This document shows, one piece after another, positions 1-13,165 of a stretch of 60,000 nt of DNA. Every line of letters begins with the position of its first letter. The stretch's first letter is position 1. Under the pieces are notes generated by a model. The model made no database searches and was not told where the DNA came from. It was given only the letters and a program-made list of their open reading frames with translations. The stretch spans positions 39,682,001 to 39,742,000 of the forward strand of contig NC_087251.1 in the NCBI RefSeq assembly GCF_037042905.1, in the 5' to 3' direction. This DNA is from Lytechinus pictus. Taxonomy: Eukaryota. Made by a program: the position numbers and the translations under genes.

Positions 1-1959
1 AAAGACACCTATTGTCATCCAAGTAGTCAATGACTAATCATACAAACCACATTCTTCATATCTTGAGATCCAGATCTATAATTCAAATTGAATGGTTTCA
101 ATAGAACTTGCAAAATTGTATCATGAATCAAACCTCTTTTCCCCCTTCATAGTGATCCTACGTGTATAGGTGACCAGAGTCAAACTTTTTATAAGGCATA
201 TATTCTTTTATTTTTTTCTTTTATTTATCTTGGGGTAAATATATATTTATAGTGGATTGAATAAAAGAAATCATTAAAACTTGAAAAATGTATCGTGTAT
301 CAATTTTTTTTAGTGCCTACCACATCATTACCGTTGGGCATATCTTTAAAGTTTAGCTTTGAGCTTTAGGGCTACACATAGGGGCCAAACTTTAATAATG
401 CCTGTCCTTTATTTTTGAGAAATATATATATATATCTTAGCTGATTGAATTTCTATGAAATGGATGCTTATCAAGGGCAGGTGTGTAATTGCTGATTCCA
501 GACAGAGGTGACTATTGACTGTCCATTCAATCTGAGAAACCACAGCAGCCATTCAGCATCAATGGCCCAAAGAATAGGTCTCCAATTTCACCCGTTCTTC
601 TTGGGATCGGTGGTCCGTGCGGAGGCCAGTCCACTCCCGTGTTGAGGCCAGCCATTGAAGGAACAATGCATTACTCATGCTCCTTTGTGCATTGGAGTGG
701 AGGATAAAGAAACTGTTGTATTCTTGAGATTTGGGAAATTATTAGAGTGAATCGGAGAAGGAAACAGGTAGCTAGCGTAAAAATGGAATGATTTGTTTGT
801 GGATGTCTTGATAGATCTTGGATTTAGAGAATGCCATGTATGTACAATCATGTAAGTATTCAAGAACCTACATTATCAATTTCTTGTCGATGTTGCTTGT
901 AACAGGAGCTCAGGGTATTTTCTCAAAAAATTTACCCCAAATGCTAATAACTTGGATGGTAACTTCCAAGGAAATAGAAATATTAGCATTGGAGGTTGAG
1001 TGATTTCTAGGAGGATATACATGTAAATGGAATTATCTGGTGGTCTGTCTCTGACAGATCACCTCTAAAATAATCAAAATATAGAATAAAAAATTATAGG
1101 CCTCCTGGTTGCACATACAGATGGCTTATGCCTTATCTTTATTTACTTACGCCTTTATCTTGCCAAAGCAATTATATAGATTGCCAGGATCAATGGCTCA
1201 TATCAGCATATGGTTTTTATGTCATAAACATTTCAAGATCATTAACAACTACATGTACATGTAAGAATGATAACATATCTTAAGTGTAAATCATAAAAGA
1301 TTTCTTCTAAAGTTTAGTTTAAACCATTTTCCAATGGAAAATGTACTTTACAAATATTGTTTAATCTGACCGTTCATGCAAATGCATAATGAAATAGGCC
1401 TACTTTGATTGTTTTATCTTTCAATATTTTGATGGGGTATAGATGTACTTTGACCTAAAGGCGACATAATTCTCCCCCCCCCCCAGTTTTCTTCCTCTTC
1501 TCTTCCTCCTTGTTTTTCTCCTCCACTCACTACTTGAAAAATAATGGAGGAGGTCACCCCCTTTCCCCCTGTACAGCACTACCCCTGTGTTATTGAGAGA
1601 AATAACTTGAAATTCGTTTAATTGATACATGCGTGTAATATTTTCAGAATCTATTAATTACCAGTGAAGCACTCCATTGGTATTGGCAAAATACACGAAC
1701 TGCACTGTGCAATGCCATCCATCCCATTCATGTGCAGATTAAGGTGTGAATTCTCCACTTTATTTAATTATGCCAAACCAATTAAACAGATTGCCAATAC
1801 CACAGGCAGATTGATATTCCACTTAAGGTAAACATTCTCCGAGAGTTATTCCACTTAAGGTAAACATACTCGGAGCAATAACTCTCAAATGTACATCTTC
1901 AGTCACGGTGAAGCAATAGGCTGTGTTCAAATTGTAATAACCAGATTGAAATTGTAATG

Positions 1960-2186
1960 ATAATATCAATAGACATTTATATTGCGCCGTCTACATGCAT
2001 CTAGAAATAATCTATTCCGAGGAGCATTGTTATTATTATTATTATCACCCCAGCTTTGGCTCAAGCTGCCTTTCAGTGCTCGGTAAATATAAAGGAATTA
2101 ATCCCGCTGGGTACCCATTCACCTCACCTGGGTTGAGTGCAGCACCATGTGGGTAAATTTCTTACTGAAGGAAAACACATCATGGC
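1960..2186 (-). mobile_element. CORE-type SINE fragment (5' truncated) with TAA-rich tail
   Basis: Minus strand reads ...CCTTCAGTAAGAAATTTACCCAC...CAACCCAGGTGAGGTGAATGGGTACC, which resembles the CORE-SINE domain; related copy at 43800-43985. Confidence 0.6.
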
Positions 2187-2642
2187 TCTTTATTGTAGTA
2201 TTAATTAGGCCTATTCTATATCCTGGATCTATCTATCTATCTATATAATCTATCTATCTATCTAGTTCTTGATTTAAAAAGTTAAATTCCTGGTGTTAAG
2301 AAAATCAATTTGTGTTGTTAATAACAAATGGCAATTCTTGATCTTGGTACCAAAAAAATAACATAATTTGCTAGTTTGCTATACATGTACGTACTTTGGC
2401 ACACATTGGCCAAAATGTTTAGGTGTGACATGCCCTTATCCAAACTTCCATTCATCAATACTCTCCGAGAGTATATTGATGAGAGAAGGCAATCTATTGA
2501 AATGAGTAGCCTTTGGGGCTTTGTCTCACACCAAGACTTCTATTCATTAGACTAAATGAAAAATGAGGAATGTTTCTTTAAACAGCAGCGTGTGCTCCTT
2601 CCGCGTTTCCATCCTTTTGTCGTAGCAAAGAGATACCTACCG

Positions 2643-2885
2643 CAAGGCTCCACACTAACTTTTTTTCTTGGTGGCCCGATCAGTCCACCAAAATCATCAA
2701 TTTCATATTTTTGGTGGCCCGCAAAGTGAATTTGGTGGCCCTAAAACAATAGGAAACATTACAATTTATCAAAACTTTGGTAGCCCGACTGGGCCACCAA
2801 GTGTTGGCTTTTACAGAATTTTGGTGTTCCGACTCTCATTTTTGGTTGCCCCGGGCCACCGGGCCACTGCTAATGTCGAGCCCTG
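2643..2885. mobile_element. Non-autonomous TIR element (hAT/P-like), 7-bp TSD
   Basis: Ends CAAGGCTCCACACTA / TAATGTCGAGCCCTG; CCTACCG duplicated at 2636-2642 and 2886-2892; repeated internal GGTGGCCC motifs. Confidence 0.7.
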
Positions 2886-2898
2886 CCTACCGTCTGTC

Positions 2899-3430
2899 GG
2901 TCTCATCCTTGCTTGCCGTTGTTCATCGCAATATGATAATTGCAGTATCTTCTCCTTGATCACACTGAAATGAAATTAGATGAAGGATCCCCCTGTATAT
3001 TATTCCCTGTTCGCCTTCCTCATTTCCCTGTTTTCTTAATTCTCGGTCAACATTCCTGTTTAAAGCCTATTTCAAGTTTAATGATACCTTCAGTCGATGT
3101 CATCCTCGCTTGCTATTTTCATCGAAATATGATTGTTGTTGTCTCTTCCTCTTTATAATACAAAAATAAAAAATATGGTTTCACCGTGTATTTCCCCTGT
3201 GTGCATTTCCCTGTTTGTCTGTTTTCTTTAACTCTCGGTCACAATTCCTGTTTAAATCCTATTACAGGTACCTACAGACTATCTCATCCTCGCTTGCTAT
3301 TTTCATTGCAATATGATTATTGTCTCTTCTTTTAATACAAAAATGAAATAAGATGGTTTCCCCGTGTTTATTATTCCCAGTTTGCTTACCCCCCCCCCTT
3401 TCCCTGTTTTTTTTAACTTGTCTCAATGTC
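2899..3430. repeat. Three diverged tandem copies of a ~190-200 bp unit
   Basis: TCATCCTCGCTTGCTATTTTCATCGCAATATGAT-like block at ~2900, ~3100 and ~3283, each followed by similar sequence. Confidence 0.75.
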
Positions 3431-3469
3431 CAGAAAGACATTAACCATTTTCTTAAATACAGAGTTAAT

Positions 3470-3850
3470 GTCCTTCCAGCTCCCTCTCTCTCTGTCTCAC
3501 CCCCTCTCCCTCTATCCAATTTCCACCTCTTCCTATCTCCCCCTCTCCTTGTTTCTCTACTCTTCGGAACCTCTTCCTTTCCTGTTTTCCCCTCTTGTCT
3601 CTTTCTCTCGCTTCGGTCAGTCTTCTTCTCTCTCTGTTTATCTTTCCACTTTGCTCTCCAAGTTTATCTATCAGTTTTTCCATCTTTTATTTTTTGCCCC
3701 TTATCTTTCTCCCTTCGGTCCTTATCCTCATCTCATTCTATTTTCTATTTTTGTTTTTCCTTATTTCCCACTTTCTTACTGCATCCCTCCCTCTCTCCCT
3801 CACTCACATCCTGTTTTTCCTTGATCTTTGCTACTTTCCAGTCTGCTAGT
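3470..3850. repeat. CT-rich low-complexity tract
   Basis: Polypyrimidine composition; accounts for the overlapping S/L/F/P-rich ORFs. Confidence 0.8.
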
Positions 3851-5020
3851 TTCTATTTGTTTTGCATGATTTCATTCTATCATGTCATGGTGGTAAATGT
3901 GTTTTCAAACTTCCCAGCTCAAATGCAAATTTGAATTTGAGCTCAACTTGTGCCAGCATCTTATATTTCCTCTACATATTGTACTTCTTTTGTTTTTGTA
4001 ACCTGGTTTCTTTTTTGATATGGCATTTAAAAAAAAGGGGGAACAAATATTGTATTTTGGGTGCACGCTTTGCATTAAATTGTGAAGGAAAATTAAGGAA
4101 TTTCATCAAAATTCTATACTTGGGAATTCAGAAAAAAATATCGCAATTCTGTAGTGCAAATATTATGACTCATGATTTGCTCTGGGTGAAATCTTAATAG
4201 TTTTGCATATGGTTATTCATTTTCTCTATCGCCCTTTATTGCATATAAAGATAACTCCTTTTTAGTTAGATGTCTGCATTAGGGTGTTGAACTAAAGAGT
4301 TGTGTTGTACATGTACTTCATATTTTGTATTTTATATAGTTTAAATTTTAATGTATTTGCTGCCATTGAAAAGTGTACGCAATTCAACCATTTGCCTGCC
4401 ACTTTCACTCTCCAGTCAATTAAGTTCAATTCCATTCAACTCATTGCCTTTCATGTATCTAATGGAATTGAATTAAACATAGTAATAATGGCATTAACAT
4501 GTACATGGCTCTGTGTTAACTACTCAGTTGTGATATTAAATGTAATCTAAACTGATGTTGAAAGCATAGAGGATAATCTACGTGGGGGAACTTAAGTCCC
4601 CTCCTGAATAATAGATACAAGAATATGAATGGATTATTGATTTGTCTTGCTGTAATGTGGATAGTGTAGTCTATTAAGTCTTTAAAAGAGACAGAGAAAA
4701 TGTTCGATTGATATTTGTGTTCTAGTCAAGGTTGTCTGAATTGTACCTTTAGAAAATAAATCAAATAATCAAAACCCCTTGCAATTTACAGAATTTCAAG
4801 GACAAACAATTCTTTTTGTAAAGAAAGGGCAGTTTGGCAATGGTAGAGCAATGTTCCTTTTTCTAGGATACTCGAGTTCAAACCAAGCTTATGTGCTCAA
4901 GTTTTGCTCATGTTTTTTTTTTTTAAGGCTGTGATTTTCCTTACCATACTCACTGAAAATGCTGTTTACATCAGGTTGCGACTAATTGTGACTTCTATGA
5001 ATGCCCTTAGCTCTACGTAT

Positions 5021-5175
5021 TGATGGTGGTGATGATGATGATGTTGATGATGATGATGATGATGATGATGATGTTGATGATGATGATAGTGATGATAATG
5101 ATTATGATGGTGATGATGATGATGATGATGATGAATGATAATAATGATAAGGTTGATAATGATAATGATAGTGAT
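5021..5175. repeat. (GAT)n microsatellite
   Basis: Directly visible trinucleotide run. Confidence 0.95.
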
Positions 5176-6308
5176 AGTTTATAGCTCCATGATTTAACAA
5201 TGCTTGAACCCATATTTCTGCATACAGGGTAGTCTAGTTCTAGACGATATTAAACGAATTTGTTTTCACCGATATATACGTTCTATTCCGTGCGTACGCC
5301 CCGCCGAGTGTGCGCGCAAAACCGAGAACCTGTACTCCGAGAAAAATATCGTCTAGAACAGTTGCTCAGCGGTGACGTCATAGGTCAAAGGTCAACGGAC
5401 GAGTGCTCATGAATATGCATGAGTTACTTGTCAATCTCGCTGCGCCGAACCGTTGTTTACGTTTTGCACTCGTTATTTGCATACATTGTGCACGTGGGAT
5501 TGATGTAGTATATCTATGCAGGGACGTGAGCGTCCGTGATCTATGTGATGTAAATACATGTACATGTATCATACGACAGTTTGAGATAGTTCATTACTTT
5601 TAAGGCTACAAATAGAAATTTCATTGTTGGGAAATTACTGTTACATGCATAATAGTTATTTCACTCTATGTGCATATCTTGGTTAAATCTGTGGGTATGA
5701 TGTTACCATCATGATATATGAAAGAATGTGCTAATGTACCAAATTTCAAACTTCAAAACAATACAGACTATAGTTTTTCCACTTTACTCAGATGGAATAA
5801 TTAATGTACATGTTTGAATAATATATTTTGTATTCTTCTTCATCTACACATGTAATTACATAAAGGCATTTTGTCTTAGTATGGGTATTGAAAATTCAGA
5901 CTCATACATGTAATTAAACTCTCATTCTTGTGAATGGATCACATCACGGTACATTTTACTGTGGGCACTTGTAAATATATCATTTTCAAAGTCTTCTTCA
6001 CATATTTCACTGTCAAAGACATGGGTGTCGATCAGGGGGGGGGGATGGGGGATATATCCCCCCCTAATATTTCAAGTGGGGGATGGCCTGTATTATCATC
6101 CCCCCCAATAATTTAGGGTAGAAAAATTATAATAATGATGATGAAAAATGAAAAAGTATGATCATGATAATTATAGTGATGATTATAGTATGCCATCAAT
6201 TAATCAGTTTGTTTCCGTCGCAATGTGTGTATATTGTTATTAAATAAAAACATTATTTTCCAGGACTTTAAAACAGATGGGTGGAGGTTCAAGATGACAA
6301 AACTTTAA

Positions 6309-6733
6309 GGCCCGAATTCACAAAGGTGGTTTTGAAAACCCACGGTTGAGTCCATGGTTTATGCAGATTTCGTGTATAAATTACGCTTATTTTACCGCGT
6401 ATGATGAAAAATGTCGAATGCTGATGCGCGCTTTTGCCACAGTGCGCCAAATTGATGCCTGTTGCCGTGGTTATCCACGCTGTTTTATTAATGAGTCAAC
6501 TGTTTTGAATAATGAGTCCACTCTTCAAACAGTGGACTCATGAATAAAATAGCGTATCTAACTATGGTAACAGGCGTCAATTTGGCGCACTGTGACATAA
6601 GCGCGCATCAGCATTGGACATATTTTTTACACGCGCCCGATACGCGGTAAAATAAGCGTAATTTATACAGGAAATCTGCATAAACCATGGACTCAACCGT
6701 GGGTTTTCAAAACTACCTTTGTGAATTCGGGCC
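6309..6733. mobile_element. Palindromic PIF/Harbinger-type MITE
   Basis: GGCCCGAATTCACAAAGG...CCTTTGTGAATTCGGGCC, near-complete hairpin, TAA TSD on both sides. Confidence 0.9.
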
Positions 6734-7864
6734 TAAATGTTTATGTAAGTTTTAACACATGACATAAAAGGACCCCGACGAACTAAAAACAACTTTTGTT
6801 GATAGGGTGTTCTATCCCACCAGGTAGTGGTGAATAAATACATTTTAATAAATCAATTAATTCAAAAGGGTGGAAAAATAAACGGGTGGAAAAATAAACG
6901 GGAGTAAAAGGGTGGCAAGATAAACAGGGAAAACCCCATGGACGTAAATCCCAGAGGGGTAAATTTTGAAAAAGTACAAATAACTTTTCTCAGATTTACC
7001 CCTCCCACATCCAAGTGCATGATGTTTGTTCCATTTAATCTACAACCCTTTTGAATATCACTTCCTTTTTGTTATGTAAAATAAGTAAATCGCCAGGGAT
7101 CGCCGCTCATAAAAAGTTATTTGCAATGAGGTCTGACATGAGGCGAAAGATTTTCGGACATTATTGAGACTACCTGAAATAGATGTTGTTCTATTTCACC
7201 CTTTTTCTTATTCATTCCCAGAAAATTCAGAGAAAAAGAAAAATACCTTTGCGTTTCTATAGAGTATAGGCTTATCACTTCATTTATTTGCCTGGTTATA
7301 CACACTTTACCGATGTATGTCATGTTAGTTATATATTAAGTTCGGCATTCAGTAAACCTTTGAACAAGAAAATATACCAAAAGCAAGATGTGCACAAAAC
7401 GAAAGTCACCCCTACTTGTATATCCAAATACCTTGACTTGAACCATGGACCTAGTAGGTCCATGCTTGAACGATAACTTTTGGTCAATAATATTTTGCAG
7501 GAGAGCATCGATGTCCTCATTATCTATCTATGTGGAAATGAGGTGCCTATAGTCATGAAAGAGTGAGCCCACATCAAATGCAAAAATTTCACTTTAAAAA
7601 AGTCATAATATATAGTCGTTTGGTGATCAGTATGGAACGCGGAAAGGCTAAAATTTGATCACTGTCACTTTTGATTTGATGGACCTCCGTACCAGCCATC
7701 ATCAAATCAAGTGCAGCCATCAGTAAATCAAAAGTGGCCATCATCATATCAATTTTCAGCATCATATCCCTCTGTACCAGCCATCATCAAATCAGTTTCT
7801 AACATCAAATCAATGTTGTCCTTTCGGCGTTCCTGATGTGCGCGCCAAAAGGACACCTGTAAGT

Positions 7865-9355
7865 TGATGGCAGCCACTTTTTATTTGATGACGGTTACTT
7901 TTGACTTGATGACGGCCACTTTTTATTTGATGACGGTTACTTTTGACTTGATGACGGCCACTTTTTACTTGCTTTTTATTTGATGACGGTTACTTTTGAC
8001 TTCATGACGGCCACTTTTGACTTGATGGCGGCTGCTTTTGATTCGATGATGGCTGCTTTTGATTTGATGATGGCTGCTTTTGATTCGATAGTGGCCACTT
8101 TTGATTTGATGATGGCTGCTTCTGATTTGATGATGGTTGCTTTTGATTCGATAGTGGCCACTTTTGAACTGATGATGGCCACTTTAGATTTGATGATGGT
8201 CACTTTCAATTTTTTTATCGCTTTTCATTTGATGGTCACTTTTTGTTTGATGATCACTTTTTATTTGATCACTTAATTTGATGGTCACTTTTTATTTGAT
8301 GGTCACTTTTTGTTTGATGGTCACTTTTTATTTGATCACTTAATTTGATGGTCACTTTTTATTTGATGGTCACTTTTTATTTGATGGTCACTTTTCATTT
8401 GATGGTCACTTTTCATTTGATGGTCGCTTTTAATTTGATGGGCACCTTTTATTTGATGATCACTTATTTGATGGTCACTTTTAATTTGATGGTCACTTTT
8501 AATTTGATGGTCACTTTTAATTTGATCATCAATTCTTATTTGATGGTCACTTTTAATTTGATCATCACTTTTTATCTGATCATCACTTCTTTGACAGTCA
8601 CTTTTTATTTGATGGTCACTTTTTATTTGATGCTCACTTTTCATTTGATGCTCACTTTTTATTTGATGGTCGCTTTTTATTTGATGGTCACTTTTTATTT
8701 GATGGTCACTTTTAATTTGATGGTCACTTTTTTGTTGGTCACTTTTTATTTGATGGTCACTTTTTATTTGTTGGTCACTTTTTATTTGATGGTCACTTTT
8801 TATTTGATGGTTACTTTATATTTGATGCTCATTTTTTATTTGATGATCACTTTTTATTAGATGATCACTTTTTATTTGATCATCACTTCTTTGACGGTCA
8901 CTTTTTATTTGATGGTCACTTTTTATTTGATGCTAACTTTTTATTTGATGATCACTTTTTATTAGATGATCACTTTTTATTTGATCATCACTTCTTTGAC
9001 GGTCACTTTTTATTTGATGGTCACTTTTTATTTGATGCTAACTTTTTATTTGATGCTCACTTTTAATTTGATGGTCGCTTTTTATTTGATGGTTATTTTT
9101 TATTTGATGGCTACTTTAAATTTGATGATCACTTTTTATTTGATGGTTACTTTTTATTTGATGCTCACTTTTCATTTTATGCTCATTTTTCATTTGATCG
9201 TCGCTTTTCATTTGATCATCACAATTTAAGTTGATGGTTTCGGCATTCCATACATGGTCGCTTTATATTTGATGGTCGCTTTTCATTTGATCGTCGCTTT
9301 TATTTGATCGGCACTTTTCATTTGGTCGTCGCTTTTCATTTGATCATCACTTTTT
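7865..9355 (+). repeat. Left-arm minisatellite: 21-bp units then 18-bp units (TTTTTATTTGATGGTCAC)
   Basis: Directly visible; source of the repetitive YLMVTF / IKSDHQ pseudo-ORFs. Confidence 0.95.
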
Positions 9356-11135
9356 ACAGTACGTGCGCATAAACGTGTCGCAGTGAGCATGCACTGAGCA
9401 AATCCTCATGTACCAGGCCCCCGAAGCTCCGCCATTTTGTCGGAGACATTTGGGCAAATCCTAAGCCCCCATTTGCATATGCATGAATAATTCATCAGTT
9501 CGCTGCTCCACACATCCCAATAGACTCTTTATATGACAAAGCAGAAAGTGGAGATCAGCGTCACGCATGCGCATTGAGCGAGGTCAACTTTGCGTTAATT
9601 ATTCATGAAATTTAATATATTCATCACGTGATTAATCTACTTCTTACTACTATTGACCAATCAGCGTTCTTCACTACAATGAGTCATCATGCATGCATCG
9701 TTTTTCAATCCGTGCATAGAATGCAGTTTACATGCAACGTACACTAGCACCGCAGCCTGACACTTTTCTTAATCTTGTTTAACCTGGAGATGGGGGAGGG
9801 GGGGGGGGTGAATCAGCCTGTTTTTATCTTCTTTTTAACATCGGTGTAAATGAAAGGGGAAGATATTTACGAACTAGTTTATATCACAATAACAATACGC
9901 CAATATAAATAATAACAATGTATTTCAGTTTGAACGTTTCACTTACTGGTTTTGTAATTTGGTTCTTTCATCTAAAAAAAAATACGACCTTTCTCTGCTG
10001 TTCTCCAGATCAGAATCACTAGAGGCATGTTTCACATCGCAGTGTAATCGTTAGTAATGATATATAGTAAAAACAAATTCTGAATCCAAAATTTCTTTAG
10101 AAAATAGGATTGGATTTAATTAGAACCTATTTATTTTCTGTAATTAATTAATAGTGTGTTTTTTACGCTAAGCTTTTCCAATTATTGATAATGATCATTT
10201 AATTTTTTTTTTGCAGGGGGGGGGGTAATCTAATTTCTTTGTGTTCACTCTTTTTAACAGCACAGATAAGTGACATGTCATTACCAAACTTCATCAGTTT
10301 CAGGCAGGGCGGATCTAGGATTTTTCCAAAGGGGGGCACATTTTCTCAAGGAAAAATTTGAAAAGCAAAAAAAAGGGGGGTCTTCACTTTCAGAAGGGGG
10401 ACACACTTTACATTACAATTTTTAATTGAGCCTGTCAAATTGGGGGGGGGGCGCACTGATCGGCTTTGCCCCCCCCCCCACACACACACACACACTCTGA
10501 TTGGCCTAATTTTTGTCTTTAAGTCATCTCTATTCATCTTATTCCTCTTCCCCACTCTTTATAAATTGTTTCTCCCTCATTTATCCCCGCCTCCTCTCAA
10601 AATAAATAAAGAATAAAATGGCCCTTTATGGTTTCTCCTTGTGGGTAAATTGTCAATTGGCTCTGTCCACTCTCTTGTGCACCCTATGCCCCTTCACATT
10701 ATTATTATAATATATTATCTATTCTTTTAATCTCTCTTCAGCTCTCTCTTTGCCATATCGCACTCTCATTATTAAACCACACACACAACTCTTTCTCTTA
10801 TATTTTCCACCTCTCAGCTCTTCTCGCAATTCATTAAAAAAAGAAAATACACTGGGTGATTCCAACTTTGGCGTTGGTGTTCGTAGCACAATTTAGTTCT
10901 TCCTTCCTCCAAAACCTAATGTGAGTTTACAAAAATAATCCAAATAACATTAATAGCTCAACATCAAGTGAGATGAATCTATGAATCAATTTGATTGTAA
11001 TTTTGGTGCTGTAATGATGATGTAAAACTTGTAAGACGCCACACCAAAAGTTCAACAGCAAACATGAAATCACCCATGTATCTTTCTCATTAAAAAAAAA
11101 TATATATTTAGAAATTCTCTATCACATCTACATAA

Positions 11136-11351
11136 CAGCCATGGATCAAACATTCTTTAAGGGGGGGGGGGGGGTCTTTTGCCCTCCACCTTAAAGGTCC
11201 TGGTTCTCAAAAGGATTGTTTTCTATTTTATTTTCAAATTTATTCATTTTTTAAAAATATCTTTATATATTATTTGTTATGTTTTTTAATGGGGGTGATT
11301 TTTACAGAGAAAACCTGCAACTACCACCCCTCCAACCTTGATCCATGGCTG
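11136..11351. mobile_element. Small hAT-like MITE in the foldback spacer
   Basis: 14-bp perfect TIR CAGCCATGGATCAA / TTGATCCATGGCTG; possible 5-bp TSD CATAA / CAAAA. Confidence 0.55.
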
Positions 11352-11970
11352 CAAAATGTAGGTCTCATTACTCTTAAATTTATGCTGCTTGTTCACTATT
11401 GCTCGTCCATTAATTCTACTAGTACTTCCAGTGTCTCCTGAAATAACTTGATTCACCTAAACTCTCAGCTAAAAAGAATTATAGAAGACTTGTTAATTCA
11501 GTGACAATGACAAAATTATTATTTCAATTCATTTTATTCCAAATACATAAATCAGGTAACAATTATTTTCCTCTTGAGTTTAAAGATCAAATTTTGATCA
11601 GAACTCGTTCCCATCTGAAAGAGACTACTGTCCTCACAAACACAGATGCAATGTCACATGCCCCCCCCCCCCCCGAATTCATTGATCATTATTTTTGTTA
11701 AACATTCTTCATTGCCAAAATTGTTACACAATTTCATGTACATATTGTATTGCTGAATTTTTATTTATCATTCCTGTTATGTCATTGTAATAAATTTATT
11801 ATTCTAAGTATTATTATTATAAACATTATCATTATCTACATCCATAATTGTAAAAACTACTGCTACAATCAGCAAGTATAATTACCCCTAAAATAACCGT
11901 ATCCCTCTTAAATTGTTTATGGGTTTTGTTTGGTCAGTAGTGTGGGGGGGGGGCGGTTACAACACTCTAT

Positions 11971-13165
11971 TGTAAATACATGCAGTAATTCAGTTTGATA
12001 TAGGATGTTTGGCATATTGTCAATGCATTATTCCCTAATTCTTCCTCCAGAAAATTATTATTGGAATTAAAAAGCAAACCCTTAATTTGGTCTTGTATTT
12101 CTTGAGTCTCTAAAACAGAGGATGTGAAGCAGAGTCATGTTCCATATCTGTTGAAAAAAAAAAAACGACAGAAATGTTAGCAATTCAATCAAGCCATCAT
12201 AAAAAAATTAAAAAAATTAAAAAATATGTATAAAAGTTTAATGAAACCACAAGCCGAATGAGTCACCTTTACAAAATCTGGTGTGGATTGAAGAATTCAT
12301 GAGTGGGTAGGAAGCAAATAAGTTGATTACATATGATTTTCCACTTGCTTAGCCTAGTATATTCTGATTTTCTTATTTAATTTTGACAAGCTAGATCTAC
12401 CGGTAGGTGATATTAATTGTCCCCTGAAAACATGACAGGTGAAAATTAAAATGGAGCCTGTCAATACGACTCCAGCCTAGTCTCTGAGCTGATTTTATTT
12501 TCATTTAGTCAATACAACTTATATCTTGGTCTACCATGTGAGCCCCCCCCCCCCCAAAAAAAAAAAGGACACCTCACAAAACCCCAATTTAATGTAAAAA
12601 TATGTCATGAACACATAATAATTATATAACACTAGAATCAGTATATTCTCCCAAATAATTTGATACCATATTCATATTTAGATAGTCAGTATGTATTTTT
12701 TGCAGAGATGTAGATTTTGATTTGCACCGAAATAAGGCATGGCTAAAATTAATGACTCCAGATGCCAATGATGCCAAAATCTATGAGTTAGCAAATTTTC
12801 AAAGAAATTGATTTGTGTATTGACACTAAAAAGAGTTATTATCTTGTAAATTATTGAACATGGGTATTGAAATTTGAAATGGATTTTAATATAACGCTTT
12901 TAGGACAATGAAATCATTGACATCTGGACTCATTTTTGGATAAAGTCATTTGGTCTGTAAATACATGAAGTCATTCAGTTTGATAGATAGGATGATTATT
13001 GTTTTTTTTTTACCTTTATGAATCAGGAGGGTCCTGCAGCTTAATTCGGTCTTGTAATCCTCGAGTCTCTAAAAGAGGATGTGAAGCAGCATCATGTTCT
13101 ATGTCTGTTGAATAGAACATACACACAGACAGAAATGTCAGCAATACAAGCTATTGTAAAAAAAA
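11971..13165. repeat. Diverged direct repeat (~11971-12200 vs ~12956-13165) in the foldback spacer
   Basis: Shared TGTAAATACATG.AGT.ATTCAGTTTGATA and GAGTCTCTAAAA..GAGGATGTGAAGCAG...CTGTTGAA...GACAGAAATGT blocks. Confidence 0.75.

Noticed and set aside
470..1065. Coding-like stretch; WNDLFVDVLIDLGF vaguely resembles Copia reverse transcriptase
   Set aside because: Multiple stops in the frames I read and no second supporting motif; BLASTX would be needed.
3262..3934. Overlapping 70-190 aa ORFs
   Set aside because: Products of a CT-rich low-complexity tract.
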